DNA from: Blastocystis sp. Blastoise
Lineage: Eukaryota > Protista > Bigyra: Opalinata
DNA: 64,000 bases
Direction of reading: 5' to 3'
NCBI GenBank assembly: GCA_039096225.1
Contig: JBBPEB010000003.1
Coordinates: forward strand, 124,001-188,000
The notes beneath the pieces were generated by a model. The model had not been told where the DNA came from, ran no database searches, and saw only the letters and a program-made list of their open reading frames with translations. Made by a program: the position numbers and the translations under genes. Every line of letters begins with the position of its first letter. The stretch's first letter is position 1. This document shows positions 1 through 18,693 of the stretch, piece by piece.

Positions 1-101
1 TATTTATATATTATTATTTATATATTATTATTTATATAATTATCTAAATTACTATTCTTGTCTATAAACTTATTTTTCTTCTATATCACTATATTCTTTA
101 G

Positions 102-3100
102 AATGTGTAAATAAACATGAAAGTAAATTATATATTATGTGTCCTCAATATGAAGTTATATTTAAATCATTTTATACTACTGCAATTATTCAGAATGATC
201 AATATTTATTGAATTTATTTGTTCCTACTTTATTACGTACACATAAGAATTCTTCGAATTCTTCGAATTCTGTTGATATTGATATTGATGATCCACGTTA
301 TTCGAATCAACGAATCAATAGTTCTGTAATTATTGTTGATAAAGAAACAAATATTAGCACATATACATATATAGAAAAAGAACATTCAGAAAAAGAAAAT
401 GAACAAGCTGTAGCCTTATTACAGAAAACTGATAAATTATATTATATTACTAAAGACTTATTCATACAATATCTTTCTATTATGTTAGATAACAAGTTTA
501 TTGGTGACAAACAAATTTTATATAATAAAATAGCATGGTATCCAAAACCTTCAAGTGGAATGTCTATGCTAAGTTTTAAATTTCAGTTTGTTTCAGAAGT
601 GTGGATTTCTACTTTATGGACACTTCTTGCTACATATGAAGATAAACAAATCTCTACTTTATTAAATAAATATCCTTTATTACCTATTTATGAAGGAACT
701 ACAAGAGAACTTATTCAATATAGTAAAAGTACTTTTATTATTAATTATATTCAAAATGATAGTATACAATCTTTATTAGTTAAATGTGGTATATATCTAT
801 TTGATATTAAAGCTTATACTAATAATAATACTGTTAATATAACAACCGATGGAACTTCTTCTTCTCCCTCTTTCCCTAAAGAATTCACGAAATATGTATA
901 TATGCCTACAGGAAATTCAGTTATTTCACTTCTAAAAGCCTCATTAGATAAATATGCAAATCAAAAAGAAAAAGAGCCATCAATATTATTTTCGAATAGA
1001 ATTATACGAAAGGCAACAATGAGTGATTATTTCAAAGACTTGAATATAAGTGAAGAAAATATTGTACAATTACGTAAAGAATTAATTCCATTATTGAAAC
1101 AAGATATTAATAATATACAAAATAAAGAGATTATTTTATCTTTACCTATTTGGATGTTATATAATGATAGAAATAAGTATTCTTCTATCTCTATTAGTGA
1201 TAATTATATTCCTCCTCAACGAATTCCTGAACGATTATTAACAAATCGTTTTATTTCAGAAACAGATAATGATATTATAACCTTCTTAAAAGCTATTGGT
1301 ATACAAACACTTTCAGAAATTGATTATAATTGTAAATACCTTATTAAAGATATACTCACATTACAATCGGACGATTATAAATATGGTATTAATTATATAT
1401 GTAAGAATTATGATGAAATTAATCAGAATGGTTGTTCTTTGAGTGAAGCATTTCAAAAGAAGAATTTATTATTAAATAGGACAAATCAACGTGCTATTAA
1501 AAACAATCTAAAGAATTGTGAAGAGTTATATTATTGTGTATATAGATATATTTTTATTATTATATGTGTTTTTTTTAAATTATATATTATTATTATTATT
1601 ATTATTCATTATATAATAATAATCATATATATAATATATAGGAAGATGAGTTTATAAATAATTTAATACCTGATGAGATAGGATTAAATAAAGATTTATG
1701 TATACCAGAAACAATCAGAATATTAGATACTTTAGGTTTACATACAAAGTTAGATATTTCTATTATGTGTAAACTTATTCAAAGATTATTAACTGGAAAT
1801 AATTATAATAATATAAATTTAAAACAACTTGAACAATTATGGACTTATTTTGATGATCATTCAGATGATTATGCTCAAGAATTAATGAATACCAATGTGA
1901 ATACCTCTGACTTCCAACGAATTCGCTGGATTCCCGTGATTACTGAGTCTACTAATGAATTCATTCCTATTCAAATAGATATAAATCGATCCGATATAAT
2001 TGGACATAAAGTAGTTTCTACTAATAATAATAATAAATCTATATTACTTTCTAATGCCAGTAATACTCGACCTTCTGAAGATCTTAATATGTGCTCATGT
2101 TCTTATTATTTAACATCCTATAAACGTCCTAGTACTAATTTCCAAATATTATTAGGATGGAATGAAGCTTATAGTTCTACTATTTATTATAATCAACTTG
2201 TAGGAATAGCTAAATATTATATGTTTACTTATTATAAACCCTTATTTAGTAATATATCCAATTGTTCTATTATTGATATGACAAATGAAAGCTATTTAGA
2301 TTTTATTAATGGAACAGTTGGAAATAATATTCAAGTAGATATTAGTATTCGTGATAATATAGAAAATATTATATATCCTCTCTATGAACAACTTAATAAT
2401 TCGATTAACACTGATCATATTAAGGTATATATATAGTTTTAATTGCTATTTTTTTTGTTGTTGATTATTTTATTATTATTTTTATTATTATTATTTATAT
2501 TGTTGTTATTATTATTATATTATTATTATATCTTTATTATTATTATATCTTTATTATCTATAACTTATATATATAACATTATTATTATATCTTTATTATC
2601 TATAACTTATATATATAGCATTATTCTCCAACTGCTTATTGGATATGGAACACAAATCGTTTTTATTCTTCTTCTGTTTGTCGTAGTGGACGAATCGTGG
2701 AATATCAACCATATATACAAGAGATTTCTTCAAGAATGAAAGAATATAGAAATATAACTAGAAAATTACATATTTCTGCTAATAAAGATAATTCATTCTT
2801 ATTTGACTTCTCAGTAACTTATTTTATGAAACGATCCTTAAAATCTTCAGAAATTCAATTTTATTTGGATAATATTATTCCTGCTTATAGAGAATGTCTA
2901 CGAACTGATTCTCCTCTTCCAAATCCTTTATATTTACCCAATAGATTGAATACACTTACTATTTCAGGTAATTTATGTTATGATGATGCTGATGATGTAT
3001 CTTCTATTGATAGTAGCGAAATTGTATTAGCAGATATCGATAATGAATTAGCTGAAAAACTTGGATGTCTCTCTTTATTAGACAGAAATGCTGGTGCTGT

Positions 3101-6100
3101 ATATATATTATTATTATTCTATTTATTTATTATCATTATTATCCTATTTATTATTATTATTATTATTTTTAATAAAAAAACTATTATTATATATATCTAT
3201 AGAAGAAGATAGAATATAATCCTTGTGTAACAGGTCATGATTTACGTCGTATTCTATCGAATTATTCTCATATCGATACCATTCTTATAGATTTAATAGA
3301 AGTCTTTGAATATTTAGGTATGACAAATATATCTTTCTATTTTGATACTGCTACTTATACAAATGGGAAGTTATTAAATAACTCTTTAACGCCTCTTCAA
3401 GGACCTGCTTTATGTGTATATATACCTTCAAATTGTTTTGATATGAAAACATTTATCAGTTCTATGAATGAATCAACTACTTTAAGTTCTCCTTATGGAT
3501 ATGTAAATAGTCCTAATAACTCAAAGATTGGTGCAGGTTTATTCACATGTTTCCATATATCTGATTGTATTCAATATATATATAATAAAGAAATAGGATT
3601 TATTGATCCTGAAGGTAAATATAATATTACAAATAGTACTATTAATAATAATGGAAGTTCATTAAGTTCTGTACGTCCCTTCGATGAAAAAGATATTAAT
3701 ATGTTTGATGCTCAATTCGCTCCTTTTCTGAATATAATTAATGTTATTAAGAATCATTCCCAAGGGAATGCAAGTGATCTTATTAATAATTCTGGAGCTA
3801 TATTAAGATTACCCTTAAGAATGCAAGCTAGTTCCTATTGCTCAGAGTATATTATGATTATTTATGATTATTTATTTTATTATTTTATTTATTATTATTT
3901 ATTATATTTATTTTATTATTATATTTATTATATTTATTACATAATCAATATATATATATAGAGTAATGACATCAAGTAAAATGACAGGAATTATGAATGA
4001 TTTTATAAATAGATGTAGTTTATTTTTATTAACAAATCAATTCTTATCTTCTTTAACAATAGCTACGATTGATAATACTACTATTCTTTCTTCAATTACT
4101 TCTACTAGTAACAAAGAACAACTTATAATACCTCAATATAATAGATATTCTATGAGATCTAGTAATAATAATAAGTATATAAATAAATAATTACTTTTTA
4201 TTATATTATTTATATATAGTATATTCTCTAATGTTACTGATTCTGTCAAATCAATGACTGTTAATATCTCTGAAAGGTATGTATATATCTTCAAATATAT
4301 ATATATTTATATATCTTCAAATATATATGTATATATCTTCAAATATATATTTATATTTATATATATAGTAAAACAATAAAATATTTGAATGTTTCTCGTA
4401 GTTCAACTAATAATCGTTATTTCACTATATATTATTGTTACCCTAGAAGTGGTGATAATCCATGTGCTAAGGAAGGTGTTGTATATATAGCTATAGAAAA
4501 GAATCAACGTCAATTACCTATTTCTACTCAAGGTTATGTATTCTTTAGAAGCCTATGCACAAGTCAAATTACTAGTATATATATTATTATTATTATTAAT
4601 ATTATTTATTATTATATTTATTAATATTGTTTATTCATTATTATTATTATTAATAATAATAATATATAGATCTTCCATTCCATATTGGTGGTGATTTCTA
4701 TTATTCAACTTCTTCATGTTTATTCTATTTTAATCGAATCCTTAATTCATCACCATATGTATGTTATTATTTATTATTATATTTATTATTGTATTATATT
4801 TATTATTATATATATATCTTATAGCATGAAGAGAATGAGAAAAAGCTTCGTACAATAATAACATATTTATATCCAAATATGATGCAGACAATAGCTACTT
4901 CTATTGAATCACAAGATAAGATTGATAGAAATGATCTATATACTATTCTTATTAAAGATCCTTCTAGTATTAATATAGATAACTCAATCAGTCAAAGTGA
5001 TTATATAAATAGTTTAGTTAACTATTCTATTTTCCCTAGAGTATATATATATATATATTATTATTAGTATTATATTTATATATCTATATATATAGTATGG
5101 AACACATACTTATGACAAAATGTCTGCTTTATATGTATATAAATCAATTCAATCAGGAGATATTCATCAACTTATATTAAATTATATACCAATAGTAGAT
5201 ATGAAATCACCTATATATACTTTATTAGCTAATTATATTGATTATTATAACAAACCATTTACTGTATTAGATACTGATGAAGAACTCAAATATTTCCATA
5301 ATAATCAAGGAGATCGTTACATTCTTCGTACAGGAGGTCTTGTACTGTGTTCCACATTCTTTATGCATGCTATTTCTCAATTACAAATTGTTGACGAACC
5401 TATTTATAGTTATAATCGTAAAGGAAAGCGCTATTTTAATGGCAGTAGGAGAGTATATTCTGATCATTCCATTACCATTCGATCTTATTTTTATGATCTG
5501 GATCTTATTCCTACAAGTATATTTATTATAATTTATTTATTATATTTTTTATTATTATTTATTTATAAAATTTATTTATTATATTTTATTTATAATATAT
5601 GTATATTGATATAATATATATATATATAGTGGATGGTGAAATTCATTCTCTTTCCTCAGGCCGTACATTCTATCGAATTCCATCGAATTTCAAGCCGTTA
5701 TTGACTCGTCATTATGACTGCGTTGTTCTTGAAGAATTCGATTTCTTATTAACAAAGAATCGAATTGATAGTGAAGTATTAACAAGAGAGAAAATAGTAA
5801 ATATGTCAAAAGGAGATTTAGTTAACCTTATTAAACAAGATTTACCCTCTTCATATACTTCTGGTAATTCTAGTTATAGTTATATCTATAATTCTTATTC
5901 TTCTTCTTCTAAAGTTATATACCCTCTGTCAATGCCAAAGAATAGTATATTAACACCCTTATGGTTATATAATTTCTATAAAGTATTTGATATTACTAGT
6001 ACTTCAGATCGTTCTTTAATTAATGATTTATGTGTTTTACCTACTTCTGATGGTATGTTATTACCTGTATCTTATTATCCTTTTATGTTTATTGATTCTC

Positions 6101-9100
6101 AAGAACATTCTTTATCTAATAAATTATATCAAGAAATACGTATATTGAAGGAAAAAGAAACATTAGAAAGACCTGATAATACTTTATTATATGCTAATAA
6201 CGGTGATTATTCTACACTACCTATTACAGATACATTAATACCCAAAGTGAATGATGATTTTATTGCTGTTCCTGATGAATATAGAATTAAATCATCTATT
6301 TATGAAGCAACACAATTAGTATATTGTTCCTATATTCAAGTATTAATGATACAATTAAAAATACCCTTTTTAGAATTAGCTTATTATGATGATATTCAAA
6401 AGGTTTATAATCAATTAATTCCTTCCAGTGAATCTATTATTAAGAAACTCATTTATTATATATCTCCTTCTGCTTCTGTTACATATTCACATCTGTCTTT
6501 AAATGAACTTACTGAGGATTCCCGTAATTATTTACGTGCTTTATGTAAAACTATTGGATATTCCAAGTCTACAAACCATGATAGTTCTCCTATATGGAAA
6601 TATATATTATCTCTACCTATTCATCTATTATTAGATGATACTTATGTCGATTTACAAGAATGTGAAGACTATATTCAATATAAGAAAAATACCCCATCGT
6701 ATGACCCTCAAAGGACATATAATGATAGAATTGAGACCTATAATAGAACTGTGAAATCAAAACATGATACTATGAATCATATATTAGTAAATGCTTCTCT
6801 TATTGAGTCTACTTTCCCTCTTCAAATTATATATAATCATATAATTAAAGCTGATAAACAATATTTTGATTTATATTCTTCTTATGGTATACCTATATAT
6901 TCATTATCAGAATTACTTCTACGATTCTATTTACCTACTTTTTCTACATTATCTGAAGAGACACAAATATTAGTATTAGAACATATACGTTCAAATTGGT
7001 CTTCATTACGTGGCCAAACGAAATTATTAAATACATTAAGAGATACACCTTTATTATATTATCATAATGAATATAAATGTATTTATTATTTTGTTAATCC
7101 AAGCATTGATTTATTACAAGATATATATAAAGAAAAAGAATATAGATTCCCTCCTGGTATATATAGTAATAAAGAATGGATACCTATGTTTAAAGATTTA
7201 GGTATGGTATATACTATTACTAAAGAAGTATTCATGGAAGCTGCTATTGAACTCGCTAAATATGCAAATAAACCATCTGCTGAAGTATGCTTAAGTTTTA
7301 TGCTTATTATATTGTGTTTATTATATTATGTTTATTATAATTATGTTTATTATTTATATATTTATTATTTATATATTTATTATTTATATATTTATTATAT
7401 TATAGTTATATTATATATAATATATTATTCTTTATAGATACTTAATTTGAGTATGCGATTATGTGATGTTTTTAATGAAAATGTCGATGATTATAATGAT
7501 GACACATTCTTCAATACAATCGCGTCAGTTCGATTTGTTCCTTGTCACATGCCTAGCATGTATTATCAAACCACACAACCCTATCGACTTTATTCGTATA
7601 TATACTTATATTTATTATACTTATGATTATTATACTTATTATACTAAATATTATAGATATAATCAATGTTCTATTGAAAAGGATCGTATATATTCTGAAT
7701 CAGTGAAACCTATCATTTCGAATGAATTATGTCCTGAAAATACATATTATAATAAAGTTGGTATTCATTCCCCACCAGATTTCCCGGACTTTTTGAAACA
7801 CTTTAAAAATATGCTTCCTACGTATGATGATGAAGATGAAGAAGATAAAACATGCTATTATTCTATTCTCTCTCAATGGATGTATATATATATATATTTT
7901 ATTATATTTATTATATTTATTATTATATATATAAAGGTATACTACAAAACCAGATGAGTATTATATGTCTATATATGTATATATACAACAACATTGGAGT
8001 GAAGTGAGTGAACATGATCAATTATCATTCACGAAATATCCATCTATTTTTATTAATAGACTCTTTATTCATGTATATATTATATATATTATTTATATTA
8101 TATATTATTTATATTATATATTATTTATATTATATATTATTTATATTATATATTATATATTATATATAGCCAAGTAGAGTATTTAATTATTTACCTTGTT
8201 CTTTATCTCCTGTCCTCTTTGCTATTCCTGATGAATATTTCCCTCTAATCACATTATTCCATAACTTAAAAGTTGCTCAAAAACCTACTGTTTCTCAATA
8301 TATAGAAGTATTAATATATATACAGAAATGTTCTAAAGAACAGATGTTAAGTGTAAATAAGACTAAATGTGTATCAAAATTATTATCACTTATCTTTGAA
8401 GATAAAGAAATGGCATCTAAGTTAACTTCTATTCCTGTGTTAACAATAAATAATACTTTATTAAATTCTTCTGATTGTTATTATGATGATCTTCATGAAC
8501 CGACTATATATAAACTACCCGAAATACACTTAGTATATATATATATATATATTATTATTATTATTATATGTTTATAATATATATGATTATCTTTATTATT
8601 ATATTATAGGTTCATCCTCGTTGTTATAATATTATACATAACTATATACAAATAGCTATGTTATCTACTGCTATTGAAGAACAACTCAATCCACAATTTA
8701 AATTAACTGAATTTAATTATGATCAATCATTATATAAAGTATTTTCTACTATTAATATGGATGAATCATTAAAAAGAATGATATCTACTCTTATTACTGA
8801 TTCTGATAAGAGTAGTTTGGATAATAAGCAATTAACTATGAAGTTACGTTATCCGGGATTAGTCGACTATATATGGAGATATGTATATCAAGATGAAGAA
8901 CTAGAAATGGAAGCTAAAGTTGTCTTTATTAAGCGTTTAAGATCTATTCATAATTCTCTTCGTCAATATACTATTCTTATTGTTAATAAGATAGAAGCTA
9001 TATATATATCAAAAATTAATTCTATTCATCTTGGAAATGATACTGTTCATTTATGTAATACTTTTGTTGATAAAGAAAAGAAAATAATTTATGTTGCTTA

Positions 9101-9491
9101 TAATAATAAACAAACTATTCAACATATTGAGTTCTTATCAATTCGTATAAATCAAATGTTTGGTAATCCTTTGAAGAATATATTAGCATTAGTTGCTTAT
9201 TTCCGTACCCCTATGACTCAATTAAAAGAAGTAGGAGAAATGTTATTCGGTAGAAATATCGATGAATTTGATAAAGAAGAAAAACGAGCTCAACCCGGAG
9301 AAATAGTAGGAGCAGAAGATATTATGAATTTATCTTATAATCCTGATAGAATTCTATTAGAAGGTGAGATTGTAGCTATTGAAGATAAAGAGAGTAGTGA
9401 ACGTGGTGAAACCAAATATAGATATGCACATGTTATTGAACAAACAAAAGTATATATTATTATTATATTTATATTATTATATGCTTATTCA

Positions 9492-9522
<31 letters not shown>

Positions 9523-9690
9523 AGTCTGAGAATGATTTACGTTGTTATCGTTTAGCGGTAAATATATCCAAGAATGGAATATATAGTAATGATCTTATAT
9601 ACTATTATGATGATATTATCCAAGAAGAAGAAAAGAAAGAAGATGAAGAAGAAGACAATGAAGGCGTTTTATTATCTTCTTGTGTTTGTA

Positions 9691-9750
<60 letters not shown>

Positions 9751-9997
9751 CAATATTATATATAGATAATATATGCAGTCAATCTGTTAGTATTCTCTCT
9801 CAATCTTCAATAGGACTCTCTGATGAAGATGGAGAAGAAAGAATTAGAGAACCTACTATGTCTATAGAACAGGAAGATGAATCATTACCGTCTCAAATAT
9901 CAAAAGTATCTCATCTGAAATGTGCTGAAACTGCCTTAAATAGAGCTGGATTATCTTTAAATACTAGTACGAAAAATATGATGCAACAACTTCTGGA

Positions 9998-10069
<72 letters not shown>

Positions 10070-10350
10070 ATTATTTTTATTATTATTATTATCATTATTA
10101 TTATTATTATTATTATTATAGTAAACAACGTGAAATTGAGAAATTGGATCAATTAATAAAAGAACGTGAGAAATCAAGAAATAAAGATAATCATAAGAAT
10201 TCTATATGTCAAATATGTTATCAAAATGAAATAGATACATTTGTTGATCCCTGTGGTCACGTGATCTGTAGTTCTTGTTCCCATCAATTGAAACAAGTAT
10301 GTCCTTTCTGTAAACAAAGAGTTCAAGGATATAAACGAGTATACTTCTAA
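102..10350 (+). CDS. Sacsin-like protein with C-terminal RING finger (multi-exon, 5' end outside window)
   Basis: GT-AG spliced exons give a sacsin HSP90-like repeat (LRRILSNYS...LTPLQGPALCVY...KIGAGLFTCFHISD...GAILRLPLR; LPFHIGGDF), YRFPPGIYSNKEW, GEIVA...KYRYA and a terminal C3HC4 RING CQICYQNEIDTFVDPCGHVICSSC...CPFC. Stop TAA at 10348-10350. Confidence 0.85.
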
Positions 10351-10603
10351 GCTTATTCTATATATATTGTTTCGAATGATTCAACATATATATAATATTT
10401 ATTTATGTGTCTATTTTTATATATTCCTTTCTATATTTCTTTTATAATAAGTCTTCATCTATTTCGTTATAATTAATTTAAAAATTGTTTTGTTCTTGTT
10501 TGTAAATAAAATAGATTTATTGACAATAATATAAACAGAATAACAATAATTTATTCAATTTATCAACAAAACAACACTATTTTTTTATTTTCATATATAT
10601 AAT

Positions 10604-12736
10604 TTATTGTTTTAAATACATATGTTTTGCTAGATTTGGAATATCATCATCTTCTTTATCATTATGTATAGATGTATATACTTCTTGTGTATTTATATCT
10701 ATATTATTAGTATATGTAAAAGAACGTGAATCATTTGGAATTTGTTGTGAGTTATTAGTATAGGATGAGAATTGTTGACTTTTAAATAATGATATGTTTT
10801 GTTCATTATTATCTGTAGATAGAGTATGAATATTAGATAGTGATGTTTGATGAGATTGTATAGAAGGATCCCCGTGGGAATATAAAGAATCAGGAGTAGG
10901 AGGTAAATGTGGAGATGTATATATATACGCTCTATAATTGCTATTATCATTAACATTATTATTGTCATTAGTATAGTTATTATTATTACTATTTGAAAGA
11001 GTAGATTCATTTAAATTACTTTTACCAATAAGATTGGACGATATTGCAATTGGATTCATTTGATTGGATAAAGAAGGAGTAGAGGAATATAAATGACTTA
11101 TATTATTATTATTATTATTAGTATGTATATAGGAATCAACAGAGAGTGAAGAGAGAGGTAATTTGGCTGAATTAAATAAGGTATCATTTTCAGATGTGTC
11201 TGAATGATTCTGAGTATAAGGATTAATACTAGAAGAAGAAGAATAGGTAGATATATGCATAGGAGAAGATATAGAAGGAGAAAGAGAAGAAGAATTGAAA
11301 GTGATATGTTGATTATTATGTTTCGTAAGATTATGATGGTTGTTCTTATCAAAAGATATAGAATGAGAAGAAGAAGAAGTAAGAGAAATAGATGGGTCCT
11401 TTTGGAAATAATGTTGATATATATAAATATATAACCAAATAAGAAATATCTAAATATATATATATAATATATTCATTATAAATAAATGAATTATATATAT
11501 ATACCATGAGTAGAGAGAGGATTAATGCAATTGTTCCAATTATATATATGATATCTTGTAGTGAGTAATAAATATAAAGGAAACATATATATTAAAGAAT
11601 ATATATAATGATATTATTTAATATATACTAGAGAATAGTAAACTCTATTGGTTCATAGATATCATATATATGCATACATATATATATAACATATTTAAAG
11701 GATATATTTGTAACAGAATAGATACATGTATTTATCTCTTCATATATCTCTTCTTGACAATATATACTTATATACATAGAATCTACAGGTATATCGTTAT
11801 ATCGATATAATCCACAACAATGAAATACTGTCTATTATATATAATATATATATATAGTTTTACACTAATAATAGAATCGAAATATAATAATAATAGAATA
11901 ATAATAGAATAATAACATAATAATAATAGAATAATAATATCTACATATATCATTATAAAATAATTATTCTAAACTTAATATAAATACTTGTATATTTTTA
12001 TATAATTGTGCTTTTTGATCATCTTCTGTAATTAATGATATTGTTCTATTCACATATTCTTCTAAATGTTGTTTTGTTTCTGGCTTTGTTGGATTCTATA
12101 TATAAAATTGAATATATAAAAATATAATAAATACAAAAGAAAATAATAATAATTCAACTATTTTTAAAAATATAAAAGGATACTATTATCACTTACTTGA
12201 TATTCAGAAAGGAATGTGTTTCCTGCAAAGAAGAAAATAGAGAAAACGAAACATAATAGAGAGACTAGAACTAATAAACCAATATTCTATAAGGATTTAA
12301 AGATTAATGAAACAAGAAATACTAAATATATTTAAATTAAAATAAAATAGCAAAATACAGTAAAATAGAAAAAGAATCCACATCGTTTGGTAGACAAAAG
12401 AAAAATAATTGATATTGTTGTTGTCAATAAAAGCGTCGAGCTTCCACTAAATATATATAATTATTTTGCTTTACCTTTAATTAAATAAGTAATACAATAA
12501 ATAAGGAATTCCAATAAATGAATTTGTCGAAAAATCAATTATTCCCTAAATAGTCTATAAATAAGATATACATAAGATTCATACATTGATCGTGTAATAG
12601 AGAGATATGAATAATAGACAGACAGAAAAAAATGCAAGAAATGATTCTATTTGCAGAAGGAAATCAATTTTCTTTTCTTCTATAAACTCTTAAAAATCAT
12701 AATCTTGGCATGAATACTTTTTATTGAATCAATCAT
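10604..12736 (-). CDS. Tetraspanin-like protein 1 (4 TM, CCG loop, long S/N-rich tail)
   Basis: Spliced model MIDSIKK... has three hydrophobic segments, TVFHCCGLY with two further Cys, a fourth TM, then ORF 10604-11260. It includes an AT-AC intron at 11565-11705. Confidence 0.75.
11565..11705 (-). other. AT-AC U12-type intron
   Basis: Donor ATATCCTTT, branch-like TTCCTTTAT, ends TTAC. Removal joins ...CIYSVTN|SLQDIIYIIG in phase 0. Confidence 0.85.
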
Positions 12737-13658
12737 ATGTGCATTGATATATCATAAATACATTCATATTGCTAAATACACTTTAATATAAGGAATGAAT
12801 CCCAAATAAGAAAAGATCCATTTTTTCGTTTTCCAGAAGGATTTTCTGTTATTTCTTCATGATTTATATTGATTAGACCATTTATTTCAATTCTAATTTA
12901 TTCTGGCTATCATAATATGATGCGTATCAAAATATCTGGCTAATAAAAAATGAGATATCATGATTGTATTTTTGAAAGATGTGATGATAACTAATAATTG
13001 AGTATTGCGTTGATGTTTTTATTGTATGAGTATCAAGTTTTATAAAATGTATTTATAATCAAGTCAAAAGTAGTACTGAATTTTGAATTTTATTGTAATT
13101 ACAACAAAACATATCATAAATGAATAGTTCAATCAGTAATGAATCATCTTATACATATAGAGAGCATGAAAATGATATATATACATATATATAAAAGAAC
13201 AATAATAAAACAAAAGCACATAAATAGTGGAGAAAACTGAAGGAATTTCTATTAATAAAATAAATGATATCTATATAGAAATTAAGTATAGAATAATAGT
13301 TTATAAATAAAGTATTTCAATAACAAAGTTGAAATAAGAAAAAGAAAAGAAAAAAAGAATTTTTTATAAGTATAGAAAAGAAACAAATATGTAAATATAA
13401 TTACATATAGAATAGTGAAAAAGCATGAAAAAGAGTGATTAATTATATATATCTACATATAGAATGAGATGAAATCAAATATATATATATATATAGAATA
13501 GAATAGTTTCTTACTTATGAAGTAGTTAAGAAACACTATATATTAAAAAATATATATATAATTTACTAAAAGAATATTGAAATGAAATTAGGAAACTATT
13601 TAATAAAAAAGATAAAAGTAATAATATAGTGTGATAAATAGGATATTAATTTATTTGA

Positions 13659-16492
<2,834 letters not shown>

Positions 16493-17132
16493 CAGATAAT
16501 AATTCTTAGATAATATATATACGTTTTCTTCTAATTTGTTTTGGTTTTGGTGTCATATCTTTTCAATAATCACAAAAAGAAAATGAACTGTTTACAACAG
16601 TTTATTTTCATAATTAAAATCATGATTCCGTTGAAAAGATAATGTTTTTCATGATTTATTTTTTGAAGCTATTAATAATAATATTTCTTTGTATTATATG
16701 AATAATATTGGCTAATGTTACAAAAATATATCTATATGTAATTAATATACCATAATTATATATCTAAATCAATTCAACAAGATTATTCAAGTTGGATAAT
16801 TAGAAATGTGTCTTTTATTTCATTATTTTTATAGTTGTATATTATGAATTAATAGATGATTTATTGAGGAAAGATTTCGGATATTATATTGAAAAAAAAA
16901 CACTACAATTATTCAAGTTGGTAGAACAAATTCAATACGTATACATTTCATGAAATGCGATTGTTAGCATAGTAAAAATCGAAAGAGAACAAAATAATGG
17001 AATATCATTATAAAGCAATAAAACACACAATAAAGAATATATAATAAAAAAAAAATAAATCATTTCAAAGTATCTATTTTTCTTTTATATAAATATAATA
17101 TTATTTACAAATATCAGTTTTGAATAACGTGA

Positions 17133-18693
17133 TTAATGTTGATTATTATTAGGATTATAAGCAGCACTAGGGAATTGTTGTTGAGAAGGAGGAGGAACAG
17201 TTGTGGTTGAATTAGTATAGAGAGGGAATTGTTGAGGTATTTGAGAAGGTATAGATGAAGCAGTTATAAATGAATTCATATTCATATTATTATTATTATT
17301 ATTATTATTATTAGAAGGGAATATATATCCATTTGAATTTGTGTTTATATTATTTTGAGTAGGAATATTAACAGAAGTTGAAGGGAAAATAGAGGGTTGT
17401 TGAATATATTGATTGGTAGGAAGAGAAGTATTTGTAGGAGGAAGAAGAGAAATAGTAATAGATGTAGGAACCGTTGACTGGAATCCATTATTCCCATTAA
17501 CTTCAAATACTATTTGTTGATCTTTATTATAATTATTATTTTCTTCAATATCTTGTGTTTCTTCTTCTTCTTCATTTATAGTTTCATTATTTTCAGCTTT
17601 TTTTACTTTTGATTGTTTAACCATACTAATAATAACTAGTAAAGCCTATGATTATATATATTATAATATGTTACAGATATTATAGAATTAATACATAAAT
17701 ATATATATACAGATAATACAGCTGCACCTAAAGCGATATATAATCCATATTGAATACTATTTTCAGAATTGTAAAACAATAATTAAAGAAATTATTTTTT
17801 ATCATTATTTTATATCGTTAATATATAATGTTATTGTTAATAAACATAAAAATATATATATATATAATAAACATAATAAAACAGATAATATAATAAATAT
17901 AATAACATATATAAATAAAATAAAATAATAAACATAAATATAATAAAAGATATATTAAGAACAGTATAAAGACAGACTTCAGGTTGGCGAGTGCTACAAT
18001 AAGAAGAGGCATATATACTGTCTTTACCTAAAGAATCAAATTGACTAATAACACCACAACATTGCATATAATTTTGAAGATAAATATATTGTTGAACATG
18101 TTCAGTGACAAGAGGAGTCTTAAGTAAATAATTAACAATCTTATATCCTAATTTATTAACATATTCACTATCAAAGTTTGTCTATGAATATTTATATAAT
18201 AATAATCGTTATTATAAAAATTAAAATAATTAAAAATAACATACTATGCAAAAAGAGATGAAATGTAACGCCTTGTAGAATCCATAAGAGACACCAAAAA
18301 TAATAACAAGACAAATTAATTGATAAGCCATAATGTACGCCAATTAAGAACAACAACGAATATTATAGACTTATATTTAATAAAAAATATGATAAATAAT
18401 AATCTAAAGGATATCCAATAATTTCTCTTGGTTTGAGACTTGCAACAAATGAACATTCCACCAAAAGAAATCAAAGAAATAAAGAATGATATAATAAAGA
18501 CTATATAAAGAACACCAAGCGATATACTTGGTTCATTGAAAAAATCATAAGCTCCATAAGTAGAAAAGGCATATCCACAGAGTGAAAGAAGGAAGAGTGA
18601 CACATATAAAGCTATCCATAACTTTTTATCAAGTTGATTATCTTCTTCTTTTGCATCCATATTTTCATAAGTACCAATATCTTCAGATTGCAT
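17133..18693 (-). CDS. Tetraspanin-like protein 3 (two AT-AC introns)
   Basis: MQSED... TM1 and TM2 (ORF 18316-18693), TM3 IMAYQLICLVIIFGVSY, YMQCCGVISQF...YC...EVC, TM4, then tail ORF 17133-17624. Confidence 0.78.
17771..17953 (-). other. AT-AC U12-type intron
   Basis: Donor ATATCTTTT, branch TTCTTTAAT, ends TTTTAC. Removal joins ...CLYTVLN|NSENSIQYG, the same position as in paralogues 1 and 2. Confidence 0.85.
18335..18414 (-). other. AT-AC U12-type intron (80 nt)
   Basis: Donor ATATCCTTT, branch TTCTTAAT, ends GGCGTAC. Removal joins KRNYW|IMAYQ. The downstream frame has a TAA just upstream with no AG available. Confidence 0.9.

Noticed and set aside
12174-12183. GTATCCTTTT on the minus strand, a perfect U12 GT donor
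   Set aside because: It lies inside an intron whose upstream GTAAGT donor gives the correct frame and matches paralogue 2. Using it shifts the frame, and no branch motif is evident.
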